Shown: positions 8,844-20,909 of the stretch, piece after piece
Layout: every line of letters begins with the position of its first letter
How positions within the stretch are numbered: the stretch's first letter is position 1
Assembly (NCBI GenBank): GCA_002085025.1
Contig: MZGK01000002.1
Location: 15,341-79,340 of the forward strand
DNA from: Candidatus Omnitrophica bacterium 4484_213
GTDB lineage: Bacteria > Omnitrophota > 4484-213
Direction: 5' to 3'
Length of the DNA stretch: 64,000 nucleotides
Program-made: the position numbers and the translations under genes
Notes under the pieces: model-generated
Database searches by the model: none
Seen by the model: only the letters and a program-made list of their open reading frames with translations
Told to the model about the DNA's origin: nothing

Positions 8844-10049
8844 TTATTCCCCTGCTACCCTTATCACTTCTTCTAAGGTAGTAATCCCCTCTCTTGCCTT
8901 TTTTAGCCCCTCTTCTCGTAAAGGTAATATTTCTGATTTAATTGCCTCTTTTCTTATCTCCTCTTCTAAGCCTTTATTGGCAATCAGTTCTTTTATTTTT
9001 GGCGTTAATAGTAAAAACTCCATAATCCCTATCCTTCCTTTGTAGCCGCTGTTTTCGCAATTGGGGCAGCTTTTCCCCCGGTAAAATACACCCTCAGAAG
9101 TAGAATATTTCTTTCTGCAACGCTCGTGAACCTTGCGCACCAATCTCTGAGCTCCTACGCCAATTACAGAAGAGCTAATCAAAAAAGGTTCTATTCCCAT
9201 ATCGAGCATTCGGGTTATTGCCTCTGAGGCAGTATGCAAGGTAGAGAGCGCAAGATGACCGGTAAGCGCAGCTTTAACAGCAATATCCAGAGTTTCATAG
9301 TCCCTCATCAGAAATCAGTCTACGGTCGTCAGTCTGCAGAAAATCAGTCTTCAGTTTACGGTCTTCAGAAAAAACAATTGACAACCTTTGAATTTTTTCT
9401 CTTTTTTTGTTGCTTATATTCGCCTTCTCGGAAAATCCCCTAGCTGTCCTCTGTTAATAACTGTCGACTGTTGACTGTTTCTTCGCTTTTGCAAAGCTCA
9501 ACTCTGATGTTTTTCTTTTCTTAAGTCTCTCTTCAAATGGACCATAGTAATGCTCAATTGCCTTCTTTATATCCGTAGATGTGCTCACAAAAGCCTGCAC
9601 CTTGCATTTAGTAATATACTCAATATCCTCAATGGCTGTTTTATCAGAAGGATCAACCATCGCCGCGGTGAGTACCTCATCCTATCTTGTCTACCGGTAC
9701 CACATAATATTGATAAGCAAGGTTTTTTGGGAATAAACTGGATAATCTGGGGGTCAATCTCACAATTGCTGAGAAGTAGATGAGGATAGCCAAATTGAGT
9801 TGCTAAAAAAGAGGCAACAATCTCCTTTTCGGTCACATATTTGAGTTTCAATAAAATTTGCCTCAATAATCTCCTTTTTTCTTTTTGCACCTTCAGGGCT
9901 TTATTTAATTGGTACTCGGAGATGAGATCTCTTTCCAAAAGTAGTTGGCCTAAGGGTTTAGGAACAATCCGTAGAGACACCGCCGCCTCCTTCGCTGCAT
10001 TCAGTCGTCGTCGAAAATCAGTTTGCAGTAGGCAATTGGCAATTGGCAA
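8844..10049 (-). pseudogene. Decayed type II/IV secretion ATPase (PilB/GspE family): N-domain fragments plus C-terminal fragment; Walker A/B core deleted
   Basis: 9585..10049 and 9454..9660 encode the T2SSE_N domain (LGQLLLERDLISEYQLNKALKVQKEKRRLLRQILLKLKYVTEKEIVASFLATQFGYPHLLLSNCEIDPQI). 8844..9308 encodes only the C-terminus ([10 protein letters not shown]...CPNC...[12 protein letters not shown]). The frames differ and about 200 aa of the ATPase core are absent. Confidence 0.6.
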
Positions 10050-10063
10050 CTTTTTGCCTACTG
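10025..10063. terminator. Perfect 11-bp inverted repeat gcagtaggcaa...ttgcctactgc just 3' of the GGDEF fragment
   Basis: The hairpin is visible in the sequence. A similar gcctactg hairpin lies 3' of atpC (15447-15500). Confidence 0.4.
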
Positions 10064-10089
10064 CTTACTGCCTACTGTCAATTGTTTTT

Positions 10090-10461
10090 CTATGCTGCTT
10101 TCACGCAGTTTCCTCCTTCCCGCTCTATTTCTTCCATGGCTATCTTTACTTTATTAAACAATTCCTCTGCGCTGTTGTCATCCAGAGGGTTACTGCTTAC
10201 TCCAATGCTTATAATTAATCCCTCTCTTATTGCACCAACATCTTCTTTTATCTTCCCGGCTATATCAATCGCCCTCTTTTTGCTCTTCTCGGGCAAGATT
10301 AAGACAAACTTCTCATCCTCAAATCTGCCAACCTTGTCAATATTGTTAGCATTTTTTCTAAGCACAAGGGCTATCTCTGGCAGAAGAATCCCCTTTGAAT
10401 AGGGCTCAATTTTATCGACCCTTAAAAAAATCAAAGAATAGGGATGCCGAAAGGTAATCAC
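10090..10461 (-). CDS. Stand-alone degenerate GGDEF-domain fragment (GGEEF replaced by EDEKF)
   Basis: SLIFLRVDKIE...DKVGRFEDEKFVLILPE...ISIGVS...NKVKIAMEEIE aligns to the diguanylate cyclase core, but the N-terminal third is missing and the active-site GG is lost. Confidence 0.5.
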   Translation of the reverse strand: MITFRHPYSLIFLRVDKIEPYSKGILLPEIALVLRKNANNIDKVGRFEDEKFVLILPEKSKKRAIDIAGKIKEDVGAIREGLIISIGVSSNPLDDNSAEELFNKVKIAMEEIEREGGNCVKAA

Positions 10462-10506
10462 CCTTTCTATCTCTTCGTTGAGTTGTTTTTTTATATACTT
10501 TAAGAA

Positions 10507-10900
10507 ATGCGTAGACTTGGGGCTGTGAAGTATGAGGTAATAGAATCAGAATCAAAGGAGGTCGCAATGGTGGAAAAAAGATCCACAGCCCAAGAAAAGC
10601 TAGATCTGGTTATAGAGAGCCTCAAAGGCGATGTTGATACCTCAGAGCACTGCCGAAAGCACGATATTTATCTCAGGCATTTGAGATAGACCTTTTAAAA
10701 AATTGACAATGCTGCTCCTTATGATAGACTTGCAGGCCGTGATGTAGAAATCATCAAGATGAGAAAGATCAAGAGCCAATTGGTGCAAAAGAAGCGTAAA
10801 TTAGAGAATCGCATTCGTAAAACTAATTCAAAGACCATGGGAGAAGCTACCCAGGTCTACACAAATAATTTTAATTCTTTCCTTGAAAGGGCATGAAACA
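10507..10900 (+). mobile_element. Remnant of an IS3-family transposase OrfA (HTH_Tnp_1-like), disrupted
   Basis: VEKRSTAQEKLDLVIESLKGDVDTSEHCRKHDIYL resembles transposase N-terminal HTH sequences (KRxFSxEFKLxVVxExLxGExSVAELxRxxGIS). A stop follows and a shifted frame continues (EIIKMRKIKSQLVQKKRKLENRIRK, leucine-zipper-like). No intact transposase is present. Confidence 0.4.
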
Positions 10901-10925
10901 GTTCAGGCCCTACTTATCTATACAT

Positions 10926-11711
10926 CTACACACTCACAATCTTAACTAGATAAAAATAAACCACCGGAGCCGAAAATAATAAACTATCAATCAGGTCTAA
11001 AGACCCGCCCAAGCCGGGAAAAATCTTTCCCGAATCCTTCACATCGGCGTCTCTTTTAAGCAAGGACTCGGCCAGATCGCCTATCTGGGCGAAAATCCCA
11101 GAGAGGGCCCCCAAAACAAGGATATGGAAATAGGAAACATTTAAAAACAGATAACCAGAGATAAGGGCAATAACGATACTAAAAATAAAACCTCCGATTG
11201 CTCCTTCTCTTGATTTAAAAGGGCTGATACGTGGAATCAGTTTATGCCTACCAAATTTCTTTCCAATAAGATATGCCCCGGCATCGCCTCCCTTGCAAAC
11301 CAAAAGCAGAAACAAAATCCATGACTTACTATGCGACAGAAAAATTAATCTTGTCCAAAAACTGCCTAACCATCCGATATAGACTATTCCCAAAAGGGTA
11401 GTAGCAATGGTAAAGATAGCCACATCTCTTTTTTTATGGGTAAATTGCAGGAGAAAGAGACTCAATAAAGAGATAAATAAAATGAGTAGTTCTTGTCCAA
11501 AAAGAAAGGGTAGACAAAAAGCAATAGCCGCGAGCATTCCAATGTATTTATGGACAAAGATACCCTTGCGATGGATTAATTCGGCAAATTCCCCCAATCC
11601 AACCGCCACAAAGGAGATTACCCAGAAGACAAAGAAATGAGAAGGTAAGGCAAATAAAAATAAACAAGTAATGGCAATAAGAATGAGGGAACTAATTATT
11701 CTCTTCGACAC
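10926..11711 (-). CDS. cdsA: Phosphatidate cytidylyltransferase
   Basis: Multi-TM protein with C-terminal SPFKSREGAIGG (CdsA signature SPxKTxEG). Confidence 0.85.
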   Translation of the reverse strand: MSKRIISSLILIAITCLFLFALPSHFFVFWVISFVAVGLGEFAELIHRKGIFVHKYIGMLAAIAFCLPFLFGQELLILFISLLSLFLLQFTHKKRDVAIFTIATTLLGIVYIGWLGSFWTRLIFLSHSKSWILFLLLVCKGGDAGAYLIGKKFGRHKLIPRISPFKSREGAIGGFIFSIVIALISGYLFLNVSYFHILVLGALSGIFAQIGDLAESLLKRDADVKDSGKIFPGLGGSLDLIDSLLFSAPVVYFYLVKIVSV

Positions 11712-12462
11712 TCAATCCTCCGAACCTTCTATTCCTTTTTTTGAAATCAGCAATTGCCTCTAAAAAATCGCTCTTCTGAAAATCGGGCCAGAATTTTGGA
11801 GTGAAATAAAGTTCACTATAAGAAATCTGCCAGAGCAGAAAATTGCTGAGCCGCAGCTCGCCGCTGGTGCGAATCAAAAGGTCAGGGTCGGGAAGCTCTT
11901 TTGTGTAAAGATACTTAGAAAATAGACGCTCATCGATTTTATTTATCTTTACCTTCCTTTTTTGTATATCTTCAGCAATTTTTTTCACTGCGCTGATGAT
12001 TTCCTGGCGACTGCCATAATTTAAGGCAATGTTTAAGATCAACCCTTTGTTATTCTTGCTCAATTTCTCTGTTTTGCTCAACTCTTTTTGCACTGCCTTA
12101 GGCAACCTTTCTCTTTCGCCAATAGAAATAAGATGGATATTTTTTTCTTTTAGAAGTTCTCTTTTTTCTATCAGAAATTTTTTTAAAAGGCGCATTAAGC
12201 CCTGAACCTCTGAAGACGGACGTTTCCAGTTTTCTGAAGAAAAAGCGTAGAAGGTAAGGACTGCAATTTTTTGCTCAACTGCGGTTCTTATTATTTCTTC
12301 TACTGTTTCAATTCCCTTTTTATGGCCCTCAATGCGCGACAATCCCCTCTTTTTTGCCCAACGCCCGTTTCCATCCATTATAATGGCAATATGTTTTGGA
12401 CCTTTGGATAACTTCTGCATTTTAACAAGTGAAGTGTTTTTACTACTCTTAAAAAGTACCAA
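11692..12462 (-). CDS. uppS: Undecaprenyl diphosphate synthase; true start probably MQKLSKGPKHIAIIMDG at about 12420, because the N-terminal 14 aa of the ORF come from the repeat
   Basis: HIAIIMDGNGRWA...FSSENWKRP motifs. Confidence 0.9.
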   Translation of the reverse strand: MVLFKSSKNTSLVKMQKLSKGPKHIAIIMDGNGRWAKKRGLSRIEGHKKGIETVEEIIRTAVEQKIAVLTFYAFSSENWKRPSSEVQGLMRLLKKFLIEKRELLKEKNIHLISIGERERLPKAVQKELSKTEKLSKNNKGLILNIALNYGSRQEIISAVKKIAEDIQKRKVKINKIDERLFSKYLYTKELPDPDLLIRTSGELRLSNFLLWQISYSELYFTPKFWPDFQKSDFLEAIADFKKRNRRFGGLSVEENN

Positions 12463-12582
12463 GAAAAGTTTAAAATGTCTAATTGCTCTAATTAAATAAA
12501 AATTTGGTGATTGGTTATTATTTGGTTATTGTATCTTGGTGTTTGGTTATTATCTGTTTAGGTCAATTAGACATTAGACATC
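12456..12582. mobile_element. MITE-like element family 2 (TIR aatgtctaattg ... caattagacatt; internal TTGGTTATT subrepeats), internally deleted copy
   Basis: Shares both ends with the about-200-bp copy at 51741-51958, including flanking gtaccaagaaaagtttaaa. Confidence 0.7.
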
Positions 12583-12628
12583 TATGCTAGTGCGTAGCAT
12601 ATATAACTCAGTTATATCAATCCATACT

Positions 12629-13429
12629 CTACAGTGGCAGGCGGAGTTCGCCGTTTAGTTGCCCGAGCAATTTCATCGCCGTCTTTACCGGAATTGGATT
12701 TGTCTCAATGAACATCGCTTTGCAGAGAGGAAATAATTTGTAGTGCAGGTCTTTTGCCTTTTGAATATTCCCCTCTAAAAAAGCAGAGGTCATCTGGGCA
12801 ACCTCAGCTGGAACAATATTTGCCACCACCGAAACTACTCCCTTGCCTCCTATTGCCATCATCGGCAGAGTTAAAGAGTCATCGCCGGAAAGAACAGTAA
12901 TATCGCACAAAGCGAGGATTTTACTCACCTGCTCCAAACTTCCGCTTGCTTCTTTGATAGCCACAATATTGTCAATCTTGGACAATCTTGCTACTGTCTC
13001 GGGCAACATTGAAATCCCGGTGCGCGAAGGGACATTGTATAAGATAATCGGAATACCGAGCTCGGCGAGTTTCGCGTAGTGACGAAACTGCCCTTCAGAC
13101 GTGGGTTTGTTGTAATAAGGGGTGATTACCAGAGCGGCGTTAGCTCCGGCTTCTTTAGCATATTTGGTTAAATCATAGGCCTCAGCAGTAGAATTAGAGC
13201 CGGTGCCGGCAAGCACCGGAACTCTTTTATTCACTGTCTCTACCACAATTTTGATTATTCTTTTCTGCTCCTCGTGAGTAAGCGTAGCCGCTTCGCCGGT
13301 GCAGCCGCAAGGGAGAATTCCGTTTGTTCCCTGCTTAATCTGAGACTCTACCAATTCCCGCAGTTTCTCATCATCAACCGCACCATCTTTGAACGGCGTA
13401 ACCAAAGCAACATAAGAGCCTTGAAACAT
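12629..13429 (-). CDS. dapA: 4-hydroxy-tetrahydrodipicolinate synthase
   Basis: VALVTPF...GTNGILPCGCTGE...Y(N)VP active-site context. Full length 266 aa. Confidence 0.9.
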   Translation of the reverse strand: MFQGSYVALVTPFKDGAVDDEKLRELVESQIKQGTNGILPCGCTGEAATLTHEEQKRIIKIVVETVNKRVPVLAGTGSNSTAEAYDLTKYAKEAGANAALVITPYYNKPTSEGQFRHYAKLAELGIPIILYNVPSRTGISMLPETVARLSKIDNIVAIKEASGSLEQVSKILALCDITVLSGDDSLTLPMMAIGGKGVVSVVANIVPAEVAQMTSAFLEGNIQKAKDLHYKLFPLCKAMFIETNPIPVKTAMKLLGQLNGELRLPL

Positions 13430-13458
13430 TTTTCACCTCTTTACCCTGTTAAAAATTC

Positions 13459-13621
13459 ACCTCGGCGAATTCCGCCTTTGGGGGATTTAACGGGGTGAAC
13501 CTACTTCCACCATCAACATTCTGTCTGAAATATAACTCGGCCGTAATATCGGGAACAGTCGCATTTTCTGGAAGTCTTTCTATCATTTCAATTATTTTTT
13601 CTTTTACCGCGCTCACCTTAA
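13459..13621 (-). CDS. Small ORF (about 45-55 aa) resembling DUF2281/addiction-module antitoxin-like proteins
   Basis: Reverse-complement translation VSAVKEKIIEMIERLPENATVPDITAELYFRQNVDGGSRF...; not in the supplied ORF track (under 60 aa). No obvious SD. Confidence 0.25.
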
Positions 13622-13622
13622 A

Positions 13623-13946
13623 TCACTTCCTCACATTATAAACTATATCATCGGCATCAAATTGATGGTTGCCGTCATTATCAAGGAAGATAACTACTGT
13701 CCCTGCTTTAGTATTATCTATTTTTACATCACTACCAGCCGGGTCTTTTGCCGTTATTGTCCCGCCAGTTCCGCATCCCCCATTTGCTACAGTTTCATTA
13801 GTAACACAGACCATCAACCCTGCTGTTCCCAACTTCTCCACCTGCTGGCCAATGGGAGTTACTACTGTGCGGATTTTAATTTCATCAGAGAGGCAAAGCC
13901 GCGAATAACAAAACTCGCGAAGCGAGAGCCGAAGTTCCCCCTGCAC
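13623..13946 (-). CDS. Small hypothetical protein. The N-terminal about 25 aa of the ORF are a translation of the structured repeat unit, so the real start is probably internal (e.g. MVCVTNET)
   Basis: MQGELRLSLREF is the same repeat-derived peptide seen at the C-terminus of ORF 56254..57138. The remainder (GGCGTGGTITAKDPAG...DNDGNHQFD) has no recognisable family. Confidence 0.3.
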   Translation of the reverse strand: MQGELRLSLREFCYSRLCLSDEIKIRTVVTPIGQQVEKLGTAGLMVCVTNETVANGGCGTGGTITAKDPAGSDVKIDNTKAGTVVIFLDNDGNHQFDADDIVYNVRK

Positions 13947-14025
13947 CAGAACGGTGCAGGATCCGCCGAAGCCTTAGCGTAGATGAGCTGAGGATAGAAG
14001 GTTTGAAAGCAAACCTTCACTATCC
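13913..14025 (+). ncRNA. Structured repeat unit (family 4): ctcgcgaagcgag-AGCCGAAG-[variable hairpin]-CTGAGGATAG-[GC hairpin]-T-run
   Basis: Same architecture as the units at 56262, 57783 and 60727. The terminal hairpin gaaggtttg-aaa-gcaaaccttc covaries with ggaaatctgc-aaa-gcagatttcc of the other copies. Confidence 0.6.
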
Positions 14026-14637
14026 TTTTTCCTTATTTATTTTCACTTTCCTCCCTTCCACCTTCAATCTCCCTTCGGCAAACAGTTTAATTGTCAAAGG
14101 ATAAATGATATGCTCTTGGCGGTGAATCTTCTGGCGCAGAGATTCTTCATTATCATCTTCCTCTATCTCTACGACTCTTTGGAGGACAATTGGGCCATTA
14201 TCTATCTTTTCATCTACAAAATGGACAGTGGCTCCACTGAACTTCACCCCATAATTTAGGGCATCGCGAACAGCATTTGTTGAGCCTTTAAACGCCGGGA
14301 GCAGACTTGGATGGATGTTAAAAATCTTATTAGGATACTTCTGGACAAAAAAAGGACTAAGTACGCGCATAAACCCGGCTAAAACAATCAGCCCAATGTT
14401 CTCCTCTTGTAAATAAGCAATGAGTTCCTTCTCAAATTCCTTTTGGGAAGAAAATTCCTGGGAGTCAAGAAATATTGTTTTAACTGCGGCTTTCTTTGCC
14501 CTTTGCAGGCAATGCGCCTCTTTATTATCGCTCACCACCAAAGAGAGCCTTGCTTTGATATCTCCACGCTGAACTGCCTCAATAATTGCCTGCAGGTTGG
14601 TGCCCTCTCCCGAACAAAAAACGGCAATATTTAACAC
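14020..14637 (-). CDS. purN: Phosphoribosylglycinamide formyltransferase
   Basis: IAVFCSGEGTNLQAII...NIHPSLLPAFKG. Confidence 0.85.
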   Translation of the reverse strand: MLNIAVFCSGEGTNLQAIIEAVQRGDIKARLSLVVSDNKEAHCLQRAKKAAVKTIFLDSQEFSSQKEFEKELIAYLQEENIGLIVLAGFMRVLSPFFVQKYPNKIFNIHPSLLPAFKGSTNAVRDALNYGVKFSGATVHFVDEKIDNGPIVLQRVVEIEEDDNEESLRQKIHRQEHIIYPLTIKLFAEGRLKVEGRKVKINKEKG

Positions 14638-14719
14638 TTCGTGTTTGATTGCAGCGATTAAAAACGATTATGGTGATACATTTATCGTTGTAATCGCCTT
14701 TTCTATTGCGGCAATCGCT

Positions 14720-15385
14720 TTATATAATAATTACAAACTCCCCTTTTGCTCCTTTCTCTTTAAAATAAGTGATTAATTCCGAAATTTTTCCTCTGTTTAC
14801 CTCTTCAAATTTTTTGGTGAGTTCACGGCAAACAGCTATCTTTTTATCGCCTAAAAAATTTAGTAAATCTTTTAAGGTTTTTAATAAACGATGGGGGGCT
14901 TCGTACAAGATTACTGTTCTTTCTCCCTCGGCAATTTCTCTCAAGCGGTTTTCTCTTTTTTTGCTTTTGCGAGGTAGATAACCCTCGAAGATAAATCTAT
15001 CCGGAGCAGCCCCCGAGACTACCAAAGCGGCTAATAAAGCCGAGGCACCGGGAATGGGGACTACGCAGATGTTTTCTTTTATTGCTAAGGTAACGAGATA
15101 AAAACCAGGGTCGCTTATGCAAGGCGTGCCGGCATTACAAACCAGAGCAATATCCCTGCCATGTTTTAATTTCTTAATTAGAACATCTGCGCGGGCAATC
15201 TTATTGTAGTCAAAATAGCTGAGCAGAGGGGTTTTTATTTTATAATGCGAAAGAAGTTTTCTTGTCTGACGAGTATCCTCAGCGGCAATTAGATGTACAT
15301 TCTCTAAAGTCTCCAATGCCCTTAGGCTGATATCTTTCAGATTTCCAATAGGCGTGCTGACGATGTATAATTTACCCTGTTGCAT
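14720..15385 (-). CDS. rsmI: 16S rRNA (cytidine1402-2'-O)-methyltransferase
   Basis: LYIVSTPIGNLKDISLRALETL...AAEDTR tetrapyrrole-methylase fold. Confidence 0.8.
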   Translation of the reverse strand: MQQGKLYIVSTPIGNLKDISLRALETLENVHLIAAEDTRQTRKLLSHYKIKTPLLSYFDYNKIARADVLIKKLKHGRDIALVCNAGTPCISDPGFYLVTLAIKENICVVPIPGASALLAALVVSGAAPDRFIFEGYLPRKSKKRENRLREIAEGERTVILYEAPHRLLKTLKDLLNFLGDKKIAVCRELTKKFEEVNRGKISELITYFKEKGAKGEFVIII

Positions 15386-15446
15386 AACTTAGAGGACAGA
15401 AAATAGAAATCAGAAGATAATCTAGAGTGTGGAGTAGTAGTAGAAG

Positions 15447-15500
15447 TAGGCAGTATGCGATATGCAATAGGCAATTTTATTTTGCCAACTGCCTACTGTT
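15447..15500. terminator. Hairpin (gtaggcag...ctgcctact) 3' of atpC, with a CTGTTGACTGTT-type low-complexity flank
   Basis: Inverted repeat seen directly downstream of the atpC stop on the minus strand. Confidence 0.35.
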
Positions 15501-15756
15501 GACTGTTAACTGTAGTTTGAATTAATATTTCCACCCCATCTTTATCCACCTTCATAAACCCCTTTTCTATTTCTATCTTCTTTCTCTTTTCTTCTTTCTT
15601 TATCCTTATTTCTCCTTTCTTTAGAGCGGAGATTAAAGGAATATGGTGACTCAGAATTCCAAGCCCCCCTTCTTTTCCGGGCACAATTACCATATCGATC
15701 TTTTCATCATAAATTACGCCTTCGGGAGTAATGACGGTTAAATCAAAATTGCTCAT
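15493..15756 (-). CDS. atpC: F0F1 ATP synthase subunit epsilon (short form)
   Basis: N-terminal beta-sandwich LTVITPEGVIYDEKIDMVIVPGKEGGLGILSHHIPL, immediately downstream of atpD. Confidence 0.75.
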   Translation of the reverse strand: MSNFDLTVITPEGVIYDEKIDMVIVPGKEGGLGILSHHIPLISALKKGEIRIKKEEKRKKIEIEKGFMKVDKDGVEILIQTTVNSQQ

Positions 15757-15798
15757 TTTAATAGGATTTTTACGTTTTGAGCGAAAAATGCGAAAATC

Positions 15799-17310
<1,512 letters not shown>

Positions 17311-17376
17311 TTAAGCGGCAAATCCCTCGCTGGGGGATTTGACCGCGTGCTTCGTGCGACCAACCCTATGCCGACC

Positions 17377-19778
<2,402 letters not shown>

Positions 19779-19785
19779 TTTTCTC

Positions 19786-19822
19786 CTTTATCACTGATTA
19801 CACTGATGAATTATCAGTGGCA
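19786..19822. repeat. CACTGAT palindrome (atcactgattacactgatgaattatcagtgg) between the PGI/PMI stop and the metK SD
   Basis: 19-bp perfect palindrome CACTGATGAATTATCAGTG, seen directly. Confidence 0.7.
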
Positions 19823-20850
19823 TTAGTGTTTTTCTTTAGTTGCTTCTTTAGGTAGTCTATTTTCTCCACCGGCGTGGGGTCAACCTTATTCAATAAAGCG
19901 AGATAATAAGAAATAAAATCACCTATATAGACCAACGAAAAAGTGCGCGCCAAGAGAGACTCTCCTCTTGACCAGATTTCCAAAATCCCTGCCTTTTCTT
20001 TTATAATCTCCTGAGAGACACAAAATCTCTTTTTGATAGGGGTATTTTCTTTCTTGTCGCGCAAAAAAAGCACCCTGAAGTCTCTAAGCAAATAAGGAAA
20101 CTCCCAGCCTACTATCTCATTGTGATTCATCTCCGGCAGAAAATTGACCGATGATAAGGTCTTACTATTCTCAGCCAACTGCTGTTTTAGGCGGATTGCC
20201 ACGGCGGCAAAAGAATTAGCGGTATAAATAATAGGAAGTTTATTTAAAAAAGAAAGCGAAACTTTTTTTGCCTCATTTTCTTTCTCTTCCATAATCTCCT
20301 TCTTGACCTTTTCTAAAGTAAGAATCGTCTCGCCGATATCTTCTTTCTTTTCAGAAATGAGTCCATATTGAAAAAGAAGAATCAAAGGAATAAAGAAAGA
20401 ATAAGCCAAAGCAGTGCGCGGGGGCATCCCGGAAGGAATAGTTATAAAGGAAACCTTGTCGCGTTGAGCTTTTTTAATCAGTTCACCTCCTGAACTAATA
20501 ACCACTAAATCTGCCTTTTTTTTCTTTACCTCTTCATAGGCAGCGAGCGTTTCCTCAGTATTTCCTGAGTAACTGTTTACAAAAATGAGCGTCTCGCTAC
20601 TTACAAAATTAGGGAGGGAATAATCTCTGTTTACAAAGATAGGGATTTTTATTTCGTTATTCAAATAACCTTTAAGTAGCTCGCCGGCGATTGCCGAACC
20701 TCCCATCCCGCTAAATATTATATTTCTATAAGCGCTTCGGGCTTTACGCTTTGCAGTTTGCGCTTTCTTTCCTATCTCCACCGCCTCTTTAATTTGCTGA
20801 GGAAAAGCGAGTAATTTCTCCCACATATTTGATTTATCCAGATTCTCCAT
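19798..20850 (-). CDS. Bifunctional phosphoglucose/phosphomannose isomerase (SIS domain)
   Basis: Two SIS-like halves (FSGMGGSAIAGE...) typical of archaeal-type PGI/PMI. The last about 8 aa derive from the palindrome repeat. Confidence 0.65.
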   Translation of the reverse strand: MENLDKSNMWEKLLAFPQQIKEAVEIGKKAQTAKRKARSAYRNIIFSGMGGSAIAGELLKGYLNNEIKIPIFVNRDYSLPNFVSSETLIFVNSYSGNTEETLAAYEEVKKKKADLVVISSGGELIKKAQRDKVSFITIPSGMPPRTALAYSFFIPLILLFQYGLISEKKEDIGETILTLEKVKKEIMEEKENEAKKVSLSFLNKLPIIYTANSFAAVAIRLKQQLAENSKTLSSVNFLPEMNHNEIVGWEFPYLLRDFRVLFLRDKKENTPIKKRFCVSQEIIKEKAGILEIWSRGESLLARTFSLVYIGDFISYYLALLNKVDPTPVEKIDYLKKQLKKNTNATDNSSV

Positions 20851-20909
20851 AAAATAACGATTACGGCGATTAAAGAATAATTACGGCGATAAACCCTCTC
20901 AAATTTCTT

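Noticed and set aside
9300-9480. atcagtct / gactgtt short direct repeats as a tandem-repeat locus
   Set aside because: Degenerate, few copies, inside the decayed pilB region. Most likely residual slippage in a pseudogene.
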